Source of the DNA: a virus
Taxonomy: Duplodnaviria; Caudoviricetes
IMG/VR virus record: IMGVR_UViG_3300032007_000014
DNA length: 64,000 bases
Reading direction: 5' to 3' (one strand)
The translations under genes and the position numbers were made by a program. The notes below the pieces were generated by a model. It saw only the letters and a list, made by a program, of their open reading frames with translations, was not told the origin of the DNA and ran no database searches. Shown in pieces: positions 51,866 to 61,558 of this stretch (positions are counted from its first letter, which is position 1; every line of letters begins with the position of its first letter).

Positions 51866-53055
51866 TTCTTGGTGTTTTTGGTAAATGCTGCAATCGAGAA
51901 TGAGATCACACCTGCTGCTGCAGTCGCAACTATCTTCAGGATAGCCATATCCCTTTCGATGCGCTTCTGATCAGCCGCATATGTCTCATTTCTCGCTTCG
52001 TCAACTTTCTTCCTTGCTTCGGCTTCTTGTTTATCCGCCTGAACCCTTGCAGAGTGGATACTCTTCCACATCTCTACTTGTTGTTCGGCAGCTTCTTTAG
52101 CCATTCGATACGATTCTGCTTCATTCTTCAGTTTCTGCTCTTGAAGCTTGTGAGATTCTTCGAGAGTCTTCATCTCTTCAGTATGTTTCTTCTGTAGAGA
52201 CTCATATCTCTCATCAGCCATCTTCATAGCCTTCTCATACACTTCCTTTGATATGATCTTAGAAGTATTGAGCATGCCTCTGATTTTGTCAAAATCGCAT
52301 TCATGTCGTTCTTTGATCAAGTCCCGAAGTTTCGCCTCAGAAGAAGCGATCAACATTGCAGTTCCATCAACAGCTTCACAGGGTTTCGGTGTATCGATGT
52401 TATCCAACGGTATCCGAATAGTGGCATCTTCTATCTCATCAACACCTTGTCGGAATGTTAAGAATACACCAGAGATATCCTCAGGATTTACTTTCCTGAA
52501 TGGGGATTCCACGAATGTCGTGGCTTTCACTGGTACTTCTACAATTCTTCCGAATACATACACATACAGTTTCGAATATGTGAATGTTGGGTCATTTGCT
52601 GTGAAAGAAAATGTTGGTCTGTTCGAACACATCTCATATGCATCTGGAGTATCGACAATTTGTTCGATAAACTGATTCTGATGAGATGGATGGATGGCTA
52701 TTGTAGCCATCTCAACTGTGGAAAACACCAAATCCACTTCTTTGACATACACTGGTCCGACCTTGATATCGTTGAGTGGTATCTCAATCCGACCACCAGG
52801 TATTGCTTTGTCATATGAGGCTCGTATTCCTGGAGAACATCTTTCTCCAATTGTGAATCTCCACTCACATGCAACATACCCTGGATGCATGACATCCTGA
52901 TTTGTCAAAACTTGCTGAAGAACTTCTTGTTGTCCGTTTCTGTCTGTGGCTACTATCGGTAGGCGAGTCCAGTTTTGGACTTGCATCTCGAGATAATACG
53001 CGGGATAGTTGTTAGCCAACTTCTCGCTTACTATCTCTTTCGTCGAGTAAGCCAT
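51862..53055 (-). CDS. conserved protein (phiKZ gp67-like) with coiled coil and C-terminal hydrophobic helix
   Basis: ATGA overlap with the gp68-like gene; AAGGAG RBS. Confidence 0.55.
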   Translation of the reverse strand: MAYSTKEIVSEKLANNYPAYYLEMQVQNWTRLPIVATDRNGQQEVLQQVLTNQDVMHPGYVACEWRFTIGERCSPGIRASYDKAIPGGRIEIPLNDIKVGPVYVKEVDLVFSTVEMATIAIHPSHQNQFIEQIVDTPDAYEMCSNRPTFSFTANDPTFTYSKLYVYVFGRIVEVPVKATTFVESPFRKVNPEDISGVFLTFRQGVDEIEDATIRIPLDNIDTPKPCEAVDGTAMLIASSEAKLRDLIKERHECDFDKIRGMLNTSKIISKEVYEKAMKMADERYESLQKKHTEEMKTLEESHKLQEQKLKNEAESYRMAKEAAEQQVEMWKSIHSARVQADKQEAEARKKVDEARNETYAADQKRIERDMAILKIVATAAAGVISFSIAAFTKNTKK

Positions 53056-53100
53056 AATAACTCCTTTCTTAGAAATTGTAACACACATTTCTGCAAAGGA

Positions 53101-53109
53101 GTAATATAT
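53101..53109 (-). promoter_or_regulatory. putative early promoter ATATATTAC
   Basis: Recurrent motif upstream of the nvRNAP block. Confidence 0.6.
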
Positions 53110-53209
53110 TCATATAGATCAAATGAACCATTAAAGCCGTATATTGTGATTCGAAGATGTAATAAAATAGTTACTGCACTGGGATCACTCCCAGTGCAGT
53201 AACCATAAA

Positions 53210-54445
53210 TCAACTTCTTTCCGCATATGCTTTGTCAAGCATAGTTGAGATCTTACTGAAATGGCTGTCAGATGGAGCTTTTCCTCCACCATTCAGAACA
53301 CCAATCGCATATCCTTGTTTGATAGCTGTATTCTGATTCTTATTGACAGTTCCAACACCAGAACAAAGCTCTGTCACTGATGAAACTTTCATTCCATTGA
53401 AACCGGTCAGTTTCTTGGAACTCACAGAACCTTTCACCATATCAGTTATTGACTTGTCAGCATATCTGCTATCACGAAGTGCAGATGGAAGAGCAGCTTG
53501 AGAAATCTGTTTTGAATCGATTCCACAACTTGTCATTGCAGTTTTCATATTTGCAACGGTGGATCCATTCTCAACAACCTTTCCAGACATAGTTCCGAAC
53601 TCTCGTCTTGCGATGGCTTTCATGTCACCGCCAGATGCAATTTCAGATACTTTTCCGAAAAGCTTTGAGTTTCCAGATGCCGCGGTAGCTGTGATCGTTG
53701 TTACAGATGCTGACACTCCAGTGACGGTACCGAGAACTCCGTTTTCGGACATGAGTTCTCTTTTACGTCCAGGACAATCCAGCATCTGATCTGCTTGACC
53801 GGTGTTACCTTTGTTCACAGCCTTGATGTAATCATCAAGGAATCCGAATGATCCAGCTAACGCTTTCAACGTATAGTCTGTATCAATCTGAGACTTCGCC
53901 CATTGACAAGTCGAACATTCGAAATATGGCTTATTCGCACAATTATTCTTCTTGTAAGACTTGGCAGATGTATCCTGTGTCTTGATCACATCATTAAGAG
54001 AAGATTTCTTTATCTCTTCTCTTGTGGTCGGAACAGAAGATTTAACTTTGGCTTTTGCATCTTGAAACAGCTTGGAGAACTTCGCTGACATGCTGTTGTT
54101 CTCCGCACGTTCTGCTTCTTCTGCAGCTTTCTGTATCTCTTCTGCTTCAAGAGCGGCATCGTATGCTTCAGCACCATACATGCCTTCATCACACATGTCG
54201 TGAACTTCATCTGCCGATAGTTCGCCAGCAGCCACTGCTGCGGCGACATCATTTTCTGGAGAAGTGACAATCTTATCCAGCATCTTCCCTGACATACTTG
54301 TAACAGAGTTGGATGCTGGAGAGTCCGTACCTGCACCTATCGGTACAGTCTTCTGGACGTCATTGATATCCTCCAAAACTTCAGTTGTTGCAGATGGGGA
54401 TGCACCACCTTGAGTGACGCCTTCTGCTTGTCCAACATTGAACAT
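53210..54445 (-). CDS. hypothetical (probably virion) protein
   Basis: 411 aa; AAGGAGG RBS; acidic N-terminal region with GAE/ALE sites; CSTC motif. Confidence 0.6.
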   Translation of the reverse strand: MFNVGQAEGVTQGGASPSATTEVLEDINDVQKTVPIGAGTDSPASNSVTSMSGKMLDKIVTSPENDVAAAVAAGELSADEVHDMCDEGMYGAEAYDAALEAEEIQKAAEEAERAENNSMSAKFSKLFQDAKAKVKSSVPTTREEIKKSSLNDVIKTQDTSAKSYKKNNCANKPYFECSTCQWAKSQIDTDYTLKALAGSFGFLDDYIKAVNKGNTGQADQMLDCPGRKRELMSENGVLGTVTGVSASVTTITATAASGNSKLFGKVSEIASGGDMKAIARREFGTMSGKVVENGSTVANMKTAMTSCGIDSKQISQAALPSALRDSRYADKSITDMVKGSVSSKKLTGFNGMKVSSVTELCSGVGTVNKNQNTAIKQGYAIGVLNGGGKAPSDSHFSKISTMLDKAYAERS

Positions 54446-54457
54446 ATGTCATCCTCC

Positions 54458-55756
54458 TTACAAATTGTTGTCAAACAGAAGTGCGGTTAAGAGCACTTTT
54501 GCTATGACGGAGGACCTCGTTCTGGTACGTGGATCAAGTGCGTTGAGTTCAGCACCACCTGTTTCTTCAAGCTGTCTCTTGAAATCACCATATGCGTTGA
54601 TGTCACCACCACGAACACGCACGAGTTCATTCAACGTAGCTTCAAGTCCACGTGTGTTAAGTGATTGGATTTCCGGTGCGGACAAAGCACATGCTCTATC
54701 AGGTCCAGAGACTTGTCCAGTCAGTGCATCAATTCTCTGGTCTCTTGAAGGAACAGAAAGTTTCTTGTCAACTTCCTGTTGTGCTCGTCTGATAGGAAGT
54801 TGGAGAACGAGATATTTCTCGTTGGTGAGATACTTTCTTCCTGTCGTAACATCGGTAAGCCAAAGCTTGTGGTAAACGTTCAAATCAACAACCGACAATC
54901 CTCTGATAAGATCATGAATCTTAAGGGACTTCTTCATATTCGGCATGATGATGTTGATCGCAATTGCTCCTTTGGAGAGATCCGTCATAAAACGAATGAA
55001 ATCATTGTCAGACATCTTTCCAAGAAGATTCTGATAACGACGTCCGTTGTCTCCAGATGGATCAAGTGTATCCATCACTTTCACAATATGAGCAATGATA
55101 CGTTTACGTTTATCTTTTCCCTTTTCAGACAACACCTCAGTTGCGACATCTTCGAAAGAAATGTTGTCATCATCTTCGCGGAATCCTTCCACTACCATGT
55201 GACCATTCGAAATCTTTTTCGCGAAGTCAGCATCATAGTGTTTCTTCCACTTCACAGTCACCTTGCGTTTTTCAGCAATCGGTAACTGCTTGTAAGAGAC
55301 GAACAACCAGTTCTTCTTGTCATCGGGTGTTGCATAGTAGAGAGCATCTTTACAGTCCTCTTTCTTGACACAATAAACATATCCAGTTGTCTCTCCTTCA
55401 ACAGGAGACAAGGATTCGTCATTGTGAACAATCTCAACAAAGTTCACTTCTCTACTGAGAGAAGCTGCTTTATCAAGTTGAAGGATATGCTCCTGATAGT
55501 TCTTCATCTTGGACCCATGTCCGATCATGAAAGGAACGATATGTGCACATGCAATGCCATACAAACGATGCATATACACAACAGGAACTTCAATGTCTCT
55601 GTTTGCTCTGTTCTTGCAAACATGGATGCCAAGACTTGTGATATCAAGATCTCTCTTGGTTCCATGATAAAGGAATTCCCCACATTTCTTCCAATCAGAT
55701 GCACTGATCGGAGAACGCTCTTCATAGGGAGTATCCTTGGTTATTTTCTTTCCCAT
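54458..55756 (-). CDS. virion RNA polymerase beta-C subunit (phiKZ gp149-like) with N-terminal ADP-ribosyltransferase-like domain
   Basis: C-half LPIRR.QQ...KK, ID.LTGQV, S.PE and RGGD motifs; N-half FLYHGT..VY..GYVY. Confidence 0.75.
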   Translation of the reverse strand: MGKKITKDTPYEERSPISASDWKKCGEFLYHGTKRDLDITSLGIHVCKNRANRDIEVPVVYMHRLYGIACAHIVPFMIGHGSKMKNYQEHILQLDKAASLSREVNFVEIVHNDESLSPVEGETTGYVYCVKKEDCKDALYYATPDDKKNWLFVSYKQLPIAEKRKVTVKWKKHYDADFAKKISNGHMVVEGFREDDDNISFEDVATEVLSEKGKDKRKRIIAHIVKVMDTLDPSGDNGRRYQNLLGKMSDNDFIRFMTDLSKGAIAINIIMPNMKKSLKIHDLIRGLSVVDLNVYHKLWLTDVTTGRKYLTNEKYLVLQLPIRRAQQEVDKKLSVPSRDQRIDALTGQVSGPDRACALSAPEIQSLNTRGLEATLNELVRVRGGDINAYGDFKRQLEETGGAELNALDPRTRTRSSVIAKVLLTALLFDNNL

Positions 55757-55823
55757 ATGGGTATTCTCCTTATATTCAACAATTCATAAGATGGCATTGA
55801 AACAAAAAATAAAGAAAAAGAGA

Positions 55824-55852
55824 GAACCTCCTGGGAATATCCCAGGAGGTTC
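55824..55852 (-). terminator. 13-bp hairpin followed by a T-tract on the minus strand
   Basis: GAACCTCCTGGGA-ata-TCCCAGGAGGTTC. Confidence 0.75.
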
Positions 55853-55871
55853 CTTCTATCATTGATTGAAA

Positions 55872-56207
55872 TCAGAAGTCATCACGATCCTGATCACCTG
55901 AATCATCGTCATCTTCTTCATTCAAGTCGTCATCTTCCCAAGGAGGATTGTTATCTCCATTGGGATCATAGTCGTCATCGATCTCGTCATCGTCAGGTCC
56001 GCTCAACGCGTCTTCCAAGTCAGACGGATCCATCTCATCTTCGAGATAGGAGACGGCGTCATTCTCAAAACGAGAACTGTCTTCCATCCGTTCCATCTCT
56101 TCATCGAGTTCCTGCTTGCAAGCAGGACAAAGATTTGGATTCATATCGGACACGTCACGATAATCTTCCAAATCAAATGCTGCATTACATTTCTTGCATG
56201 TTAGCAT
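55872..56207 (-). CDS. small Zn-ribbon protein with very acidic tail
   Basis: AAGGAG RBS; CKKC...CPAC; Asp/Glu-rich C-terminus. Confidence 0.65.
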   Translation of the reverse strand: MLTCKKCNAAFDLEDYRDVSDMNPNLCPACKQELDEEMERMEDSSRFENDAVSYLEDEMDPSDLEDALSGPDDDEIDDDYDPNGDNNPPWEDDDLNEEDDDDSGDQDRDDF

Positions 56208-56569
56208 GTCTTCTCCTTGCAGTTGATTGTGTAGATAGACTCGTCTACATCGATAATACCCCATCTGATTTGCACGATGCAGGGATCTTCGTTCGCATCC
56301 TGGATGATCTCGGACTTGAAGATCATCCCAACTTCGCATTTGCATCCGCGCCACTGGGTACGGATGTAATCGCTGACATCTGCGAGATACTCATTGAGAC
56401 GAAGTGCCATTTCCTTCCATCCACGAGTGTTGACTCTCGAGATTTCGACAATGTTCTCAATGAGAGGCTCGAAACTTGCCAACTGATCTTCCGTCGTGGC
56501 TCCGTTCTTGAGAGCATAGAAGATCTTCCAGATGATTCTTGCGGTTTTGTCAACCTTGTTATTTCTCAT
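56201..56569 (-). CDS. hypothetical protein
   Basis: 122 aa; overlaps both neighbours (operon). Confidence 0.6.
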   Translation of the reverse strand: MRNNKVDKTARIIWKIFYALKNGATTEDQLASFEPLIENIVEISRVNTRGWKEMALRLNEYLADVSDYIRTQWRGCKCEVGMIFKSEIIQDANEDPCIVQIRWGIIDVDESIYTINCKEKTC

Positions 56570-57585
56570 TTCATTATCCCACCGTTGTTTACGAGAAGCG
56601 TATCCATTCTCCCCAGGAGAAGTGGTTCGATGCTGGCATCGGAGAGACTGCGATATCCGATACGATACAGCATGTCTCCGAACAGGTACAGATCGCCATA
56701 CTTCATGTCACCGTACTTGAACATGAGTGTGGCGTAGTAATTGCGAAGAAGTGCGATCATCGATCCGAGACAGTACATCTCATTCATGGTGAATTCAGCA
56801 TCGACTTGTCGTTCTCTCATCAATGCAGAATCAAACACACTTCCGATGTATTTCCCATCGATGTACTTGTTGGTGATCTTGAACTTGTGGGTCCTGAACA
56901 CCTTCGGATCGATCTTGAGAGTGACGAAATTCCTTCCAAACGAAGGAGTCACCATGAGATCCCAGTACTCGAGTTTCGCAACGTACTTCCGAATCTGCGA
57001 GGACACGAAGTCATCGACACCTTCCATCTTGTATCCGAAATCATGGGACAGAAGAGTGAAGCATGCGGGGATGCTGGCTGGAAGTGACAGATGTCCGGCA
57101 TACATCAGATAATGTACCGGTGCTCTCTGTTTCTGCATGGGGTCATTTACCAGACGGACATGTCCCTTTTCATCCGTACAGAAATGTTTGCCCCACCACC
57201 TGGAGAACGATCCACACAGTTCTCGAAACGCATAGAGAATGATTTCGTAATGATGGTCTTTGACGGTTCTGGCGATGAGATCATCCGCAGGACTCTTGTC
57301 TTCGCGGTCCTTGTACATGTCATAAGCGAGTAACCTGATGTACGGCTGGATGTTTTCGCCGGACACCATGAAGACCTTGGCATCCTCGCGACAGTGCAGT
57401 TTTTCCGGATCATACCCGCATTCATCGATTCTTGCGCGTTCGACCAATGACCTGTTTTCTTCGTCGGACGAGTTCGCTATGGTGTAGCGAAGACTGGACA
57501 TGATCTCCGTGACGGACTGAAAATCCCTCACATTCATTTGATCATACGTGAGTTTCTTTCCCATTCTATCTATCTCCTGTTTCAA
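56566..57585 (-). CDS. hypothetical early protein
   Basis: 339 aa ORF (true start may be MGKK after AGGAG); upstream ATATATTAC. Confidence 0.65.
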   Translation of the reverse strand: MKQEIDRMGKKLTYDQMNVRDFQSVTEIMSSLRYTIANSSDEENRSLVERARIDECGYDPEKLHCREDAKVFMVSGENIQPYIRLLAYDMYKDREDKSPADDLIARTVKDHHYEIILYAFRELCGSFSRWWGKHFCTDEKGHVRLVNDPMQKQRAPVHYLMYAGHLSLPASIPACFTLLSHDFGYKMEGVDDFVSSQIRKYVAKLEYWDLMVTPSFGRNFVTLKIDPKVFRTHKFKITNKYIDGKYIGSVFDSALMRERQVDAEFTMNEMYCLGSMIALLRNYYATLMFKYGDMKYGDLYLFGDMLYRIGYRSLSDASIEPLLLGRMDTLLVNNGGIMK

Positions 57586-57631
57586 ATGGGTTAAGGTGTT
57601 CTATAGATCGTCTATAGTTTACACCACTGAC

Positions 57632-57640
57632 GTAATATAT
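57632..57640 (-). promoter_or_regulatory. putative early promoter ATATATTAC
   Basis: Recurrent intergenic motif. Confidence 0.6.
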
Positions 57641-57660
57641 TCGTTAAAAATAAATGAAAA

Positions 57661-57694
57661 AGGTAACAGTGTGGATTTCTCCACACTGTTACCT
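57661..57694 (-). terminator. terminator after nrdD
   Basis: AGGTAACAGTGTGGA-tttc-TCCACACTGTTACCT followed by TTTCATTTATTTTT on the minus strand. Confidence 0.8.
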
Positions 57695-57703
57695 CATGAA
57701 TGT

Positions 57704-60700
57704 TTATGCAGAGTACTTCAGGATGGACTGAAGTCCATGTGTCACGCGATCGCGTTCTTCTGCTTTCTTGGCATTGTTGAAGCGATCGAGTGTTCCAACC
57801 AGATATCCGGTGATACGACGAAGACGTTCAAAATGAACGTTCTTGTCAAGTGCGTGACATTCCGGACACTCGTTATCGAGAAGTCCGACGAATCCACAAA
57901 CAGGACATCTGTCAGAAGACTTGTGATTGATGGAGTAGTATCCCATGTTCGCATCGTGCATCGCGCGGATCAATGCCTCGAATGCTTCGATGTTGTTGGT
58001 GGGACTTCCATCAAGCTCAATGTAACTTATATGCGATTGTCATTGCGTTTCCGCAAAGGATCGGACTATATCTTCTAAGTAGGGTGTTACGGAAAGTGTC
58101 AATCTCTTTCCTATCTAGCACGAAGCTAAGTTAGTCTCTACACACTTCATTCGTTATGAATGTTTGGCACGGTATTGGCTGCTATCCACATTGTGGACCG
58201 TAGCGTTTCTTAGTCAGTGTCTTCGTACGACTTACGTCAATGACAGCGTCTTATTCAACTGATACCGTTAGCACGTGATACTATCACGCACACCTCTTTG
58301 ACATGAGTTAACCCTATTTATCGCGAGCCATTAAGTTAACCCGCGTTACACAGCGCGTGGAACGGCGCTTCCAGCCGGATCTTGTCGTATGCCGAGATCT
58401 CGAACCCAACTGGAATATGGAAGCTGTTGGTGTAGTACTCTTTGTCAGTAACACCTTTGATGATTCCATACTTCTTCTTGTCCATGCGGACAAACTTTCC
58501 AGACAATCCTTCAGCTGGTGTGGCCAAAAGACTGTAGTTGAGTTTCATCTTCTCAGCTCTGCGATCCGTGAATTCACGCATGTGCTTGATGATCGCGTAT
58601 CCCTTCTTCCACACTTCTTCGGATTCACCATGGTGTTTACCATACAGCATGGTCAGCGCTTCTGCGAGGCCGATGAATCCGATGGAGAGGGATCCGTGTT
58701 TGATGATTTCCAAGATCTGATCATCAGGTTTGAGTTTGTCCGAGTCAATCCAGATACCCTGTTCCATGAGGAACGGGAAGTTCTTGACCAGACGTTTGCC
58801 CTGGATCAGAAGGCGATCGTAGAGTTGATCTGCAGCCATCTCAAGATACTTGTCGAGAATTGCATAGAATTTCTTCTCTGCAACTTCAGTCGAACTGGAA
58901 CTCTTGACAGCATCGATGGCGAATCTTGGAAGATTCAACGAAGTGAATGAACAATTGCCACGTCCAACGGAAATCTGTCGAGTAGGATCATACACGTTCG
59001 AAACCACTCGAGTACGACAACCCCATTGTCGTTAATAGGTAGACTATATCACGATCCCAGAGGGATCCCTGCCATTTCGAAATGATCTTGCGATCATCCC
59101 TACGCTACTCATTCCCTGATCTTTATTAGATCATTGTTTTCGCTAGTCGTTAGGCTTTTACAACACGATATGTTGATTTAGCACGGTAGGTTACATCGTC
59201 ATCACTGACGTGCTTTCCCCGTTTAAGCAGGTTTATTTAACGTATGTTGCCATACGTGACCACAGGTTGTGTTTATGGTCGCGGGTAATGTTTCCGGTGT
59301 ACCTTTGTAGTACATCTTGTTGAACGGAGCATCGATGTTCATGAAGTTCGGGAACAAACGCTTTGCAGATACCCTACAAGCGAGTTTCCAAAGATCGTAA
59401 TTCGGATCACCTGGATTGTAGTTCACTCCAGACAATTCACGGAATACGTGGATCGGGAAGATTGCGGTCTCTCCGTTTCCAAGTCCGGCATCTGTCGCAA
59501 GAAGAATGTTCTTGATCGCCATTCTTCCTTCAGGAGTTGTGTCAGTTCCGTAGTTGATGGAACTGAACGGAACCTGAGATCCAGCACGCGAATGCATGGA
59601 ACAAAGGTTGTGCACGAGTGCTTCCATCGCTTGATAAGTTTCCTTATCAATATCTCTGAAAGTACGTGCAACGACTTTGTCATACACTTTGCCGCTGATC
59701 CCGAAACCATGTTCGATCATCTTGGCATGAACACGACGTTTGAATTCATCTGTTGTAACAGATGACATCGTTGGTTCATATCCATCTGTTTCGAAGTCCT
59801 TGATGAATGCGTCCTTGTCGAATTCATTATCAAAGACATTGTCTTCTGCAAAATCAATTGCTTTCGAAAGATTGTTGTAGAAGATCTTACGGAATGACTT
59901 GGCAACACCTTCTGCCATCGCATAGTCGAAGTTATGTATCGATTGACCACCCAAGAATAGCAACTATTCCATCTCTGACTATATCATCATCTTCATTGTT
60001 CATAGTGAAGATGCCTCATTTTCCAACTGGTATCCAACTCCAGTTGTACACTACTTGATTCTCACGGATCCTTATGCGTCCGTTACTCTTTCGCTAGTCG
60101 ATTGACCTATCACAATGTGTGATGTGGCACAGGATTGTCTTAGTGTAAATCACTAATGTTTCCCCTGTTAGCAAATGCTTTAATTACCCAGTTACTGGTA
60201 AATAGAACACATGTTCTAGCATTCACACCCTGTGGATAACAGGTTAACGAGGTTGTTCGATGTAGCTCACGCTACAAAGGCACAGTTTGGATAATGCTGG
60301 TCGTTCTGACATGACTGAATTGCGATGCATGCGAGTGCTGCGTAACTCCTGATGGAACCAGGTTCACGAATATGTCCGTGACCAGTGGTGAATCCACCAT
60401 GGAACAATTTGAGCAGATCTGTCTGAACACAGGTGAGTGTCCACTGATAGAAATCGAAATCCTATTTGTTTCATCATTGCTGATGGTTCTGACTATATCA
60501 CGATCTCAGTGAGATCTGACGCACTTCCAACTGTGATCAATTCAGCTGTACTCCCGCATCCGGGATAGTCGATAGACTACAGATAAATCTATAGCACAGG
60601 ATTGACACACATGTACTTCTATCACATACATGAGGCTTTCCCTGTTAGCACACCAACTATCGATCATTTCCTATCGATCCAATTAAGTCTGATGTACACC

Positions 60701-61343
60701 GAGTGATCAACTCGTTCACGTCATTCTTCGATGTAGCTCACGCTACAAAGCCACAATTTCGTTTATGGATGTAAATGTACCCATTCAAGAATGCTTCCGC
60801 ATGCTCAGGCTTAAGCAAGTTCTTGAAGTTGTAATCCTTTGCCGCTTCCTGTCCATACATGAGCATGGAACCCATTGACGCCTGTCCGTTGACATTGGCA
60901 TTATCCCTTTTGATATCGGCATCGTCTGGATCCGAAATCTGTGCGAGAGTTTTGCTCAGGGTGGACTTGCTTTCGCGGATCTTTGTTCTGTGTGCCCGGT
61001 AATTCTCATACGAACCAGCAACTTTACCGTATCCACAGCCACGCAGTGTGTGAACAACGGCATCCTGAACCTGTTCGATTGTGAGAGTTTGACCAGGATT
61101 GTTCTTCAGGTAATCCTCCAAATGAAGGACAACCGCCCCAGTGATTCCATTCAGATTGACTTCTTTCCCATCGAGCGACTTGATCTCGTCGTTCAATGGC
61201 CACACCACGACTTCACCAGAATACTTACCCTTCAGGAACGCCTTGTTGATCGCGGACTTGATCTTGTTCGCATCAAACGGAACAACGCGACCGTCCCTTT
61301 TGATAACCTGACTGATGGTAGTGGACTGTGCTTCCAAGCTCAT
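57704..61343 (-). CDS. nrdD: anaerobic (class III) ribonucleotide reductase with ATP cone, five exons: 61343-60765, 60461-60294, 59951-59275, 59023-58339, 58033-57704 (812 aa spliced)
   Basis: VIKRDG ATP cone; spliced junctions restore YIHDFD, NDQHGGQS, TMGCRT and NAGHISY; also GRGN.SF, ATPAE, YYTNS, CPVC..CPEC and RRITGYL glycyl-radical loop. Confidence 0.95.
58034..58338 (-). mobile_element. ORF-less group I intron nrdD-I4 (305 nt)
   Basis: GGU^ ... G^CAU; P1 GCGGGU/GCUCGC; P4 ACGGUAU/AUACCGU; R GUAGAGACUA; S GAAGAUAUAGUCC. Confidence 0.92.
59024..59274 (-). mobile_element. ORF-less group I intron nrdD-I3 (251 nt)
   Basis: AU^ ... G^GGGU; P1 GACCAU/GUGGUC; P10 ACAACCU/GGGUUGU; P AAACGGGGAAAG; R AACGACUA; S GAUAUAGUC. 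Confidence 0.92.
59952..60293 (-). mobile_element. ORF-less group I intron nrdD-I2 (342 nt)
   Basis: CAU^ ... G^GGU; P1 GCAU/GUGC; P GCUAACAGGGGAAA; Q AAUCCUGUGC; R AUCGACUA; S GAUAUAGUC. Confidence 0.92.
60462..60764 (-). mobile_element. ORF-less group I intron nrdD-I1 (303 nt)
   Basis: CAU^ ... G^GAU; P1 CCAU/GUGG; P10 CGAAAUU/GAUUUCG; P GCUAACAGGGAAAG; Q AAUCCUGUGC; R AUCGACUA; S GAUAUAGUC. Confidence 0.92.
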
Positions 61344-61558
61344 AATGATTCTCCTAACTTGGGTGTGTGAACGTTACTGCGCCTGACTTATTTCAATGCG
61401 CCAATATTATTGTGACCTATCGTTTCTAAATTCCCCAATAATTGACCTCGAAATTTACTAAAATATTGAGAAATTGATGACTATGTTGAACAAGAATTTT
61501 ATCATACAAGATCGTAATGTATTATACCAGATGTAAAAAATAACAAGGAGATGTTGTT

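Noticed and set aside
57704-61343. nrdD as a pseudogene, intein-split gene or stop-codon-recoded gene
   Set aside because: The gaps carry full group I signatures and precise removal gives a continuous 812-aa frame; other genes read normally in the standard code
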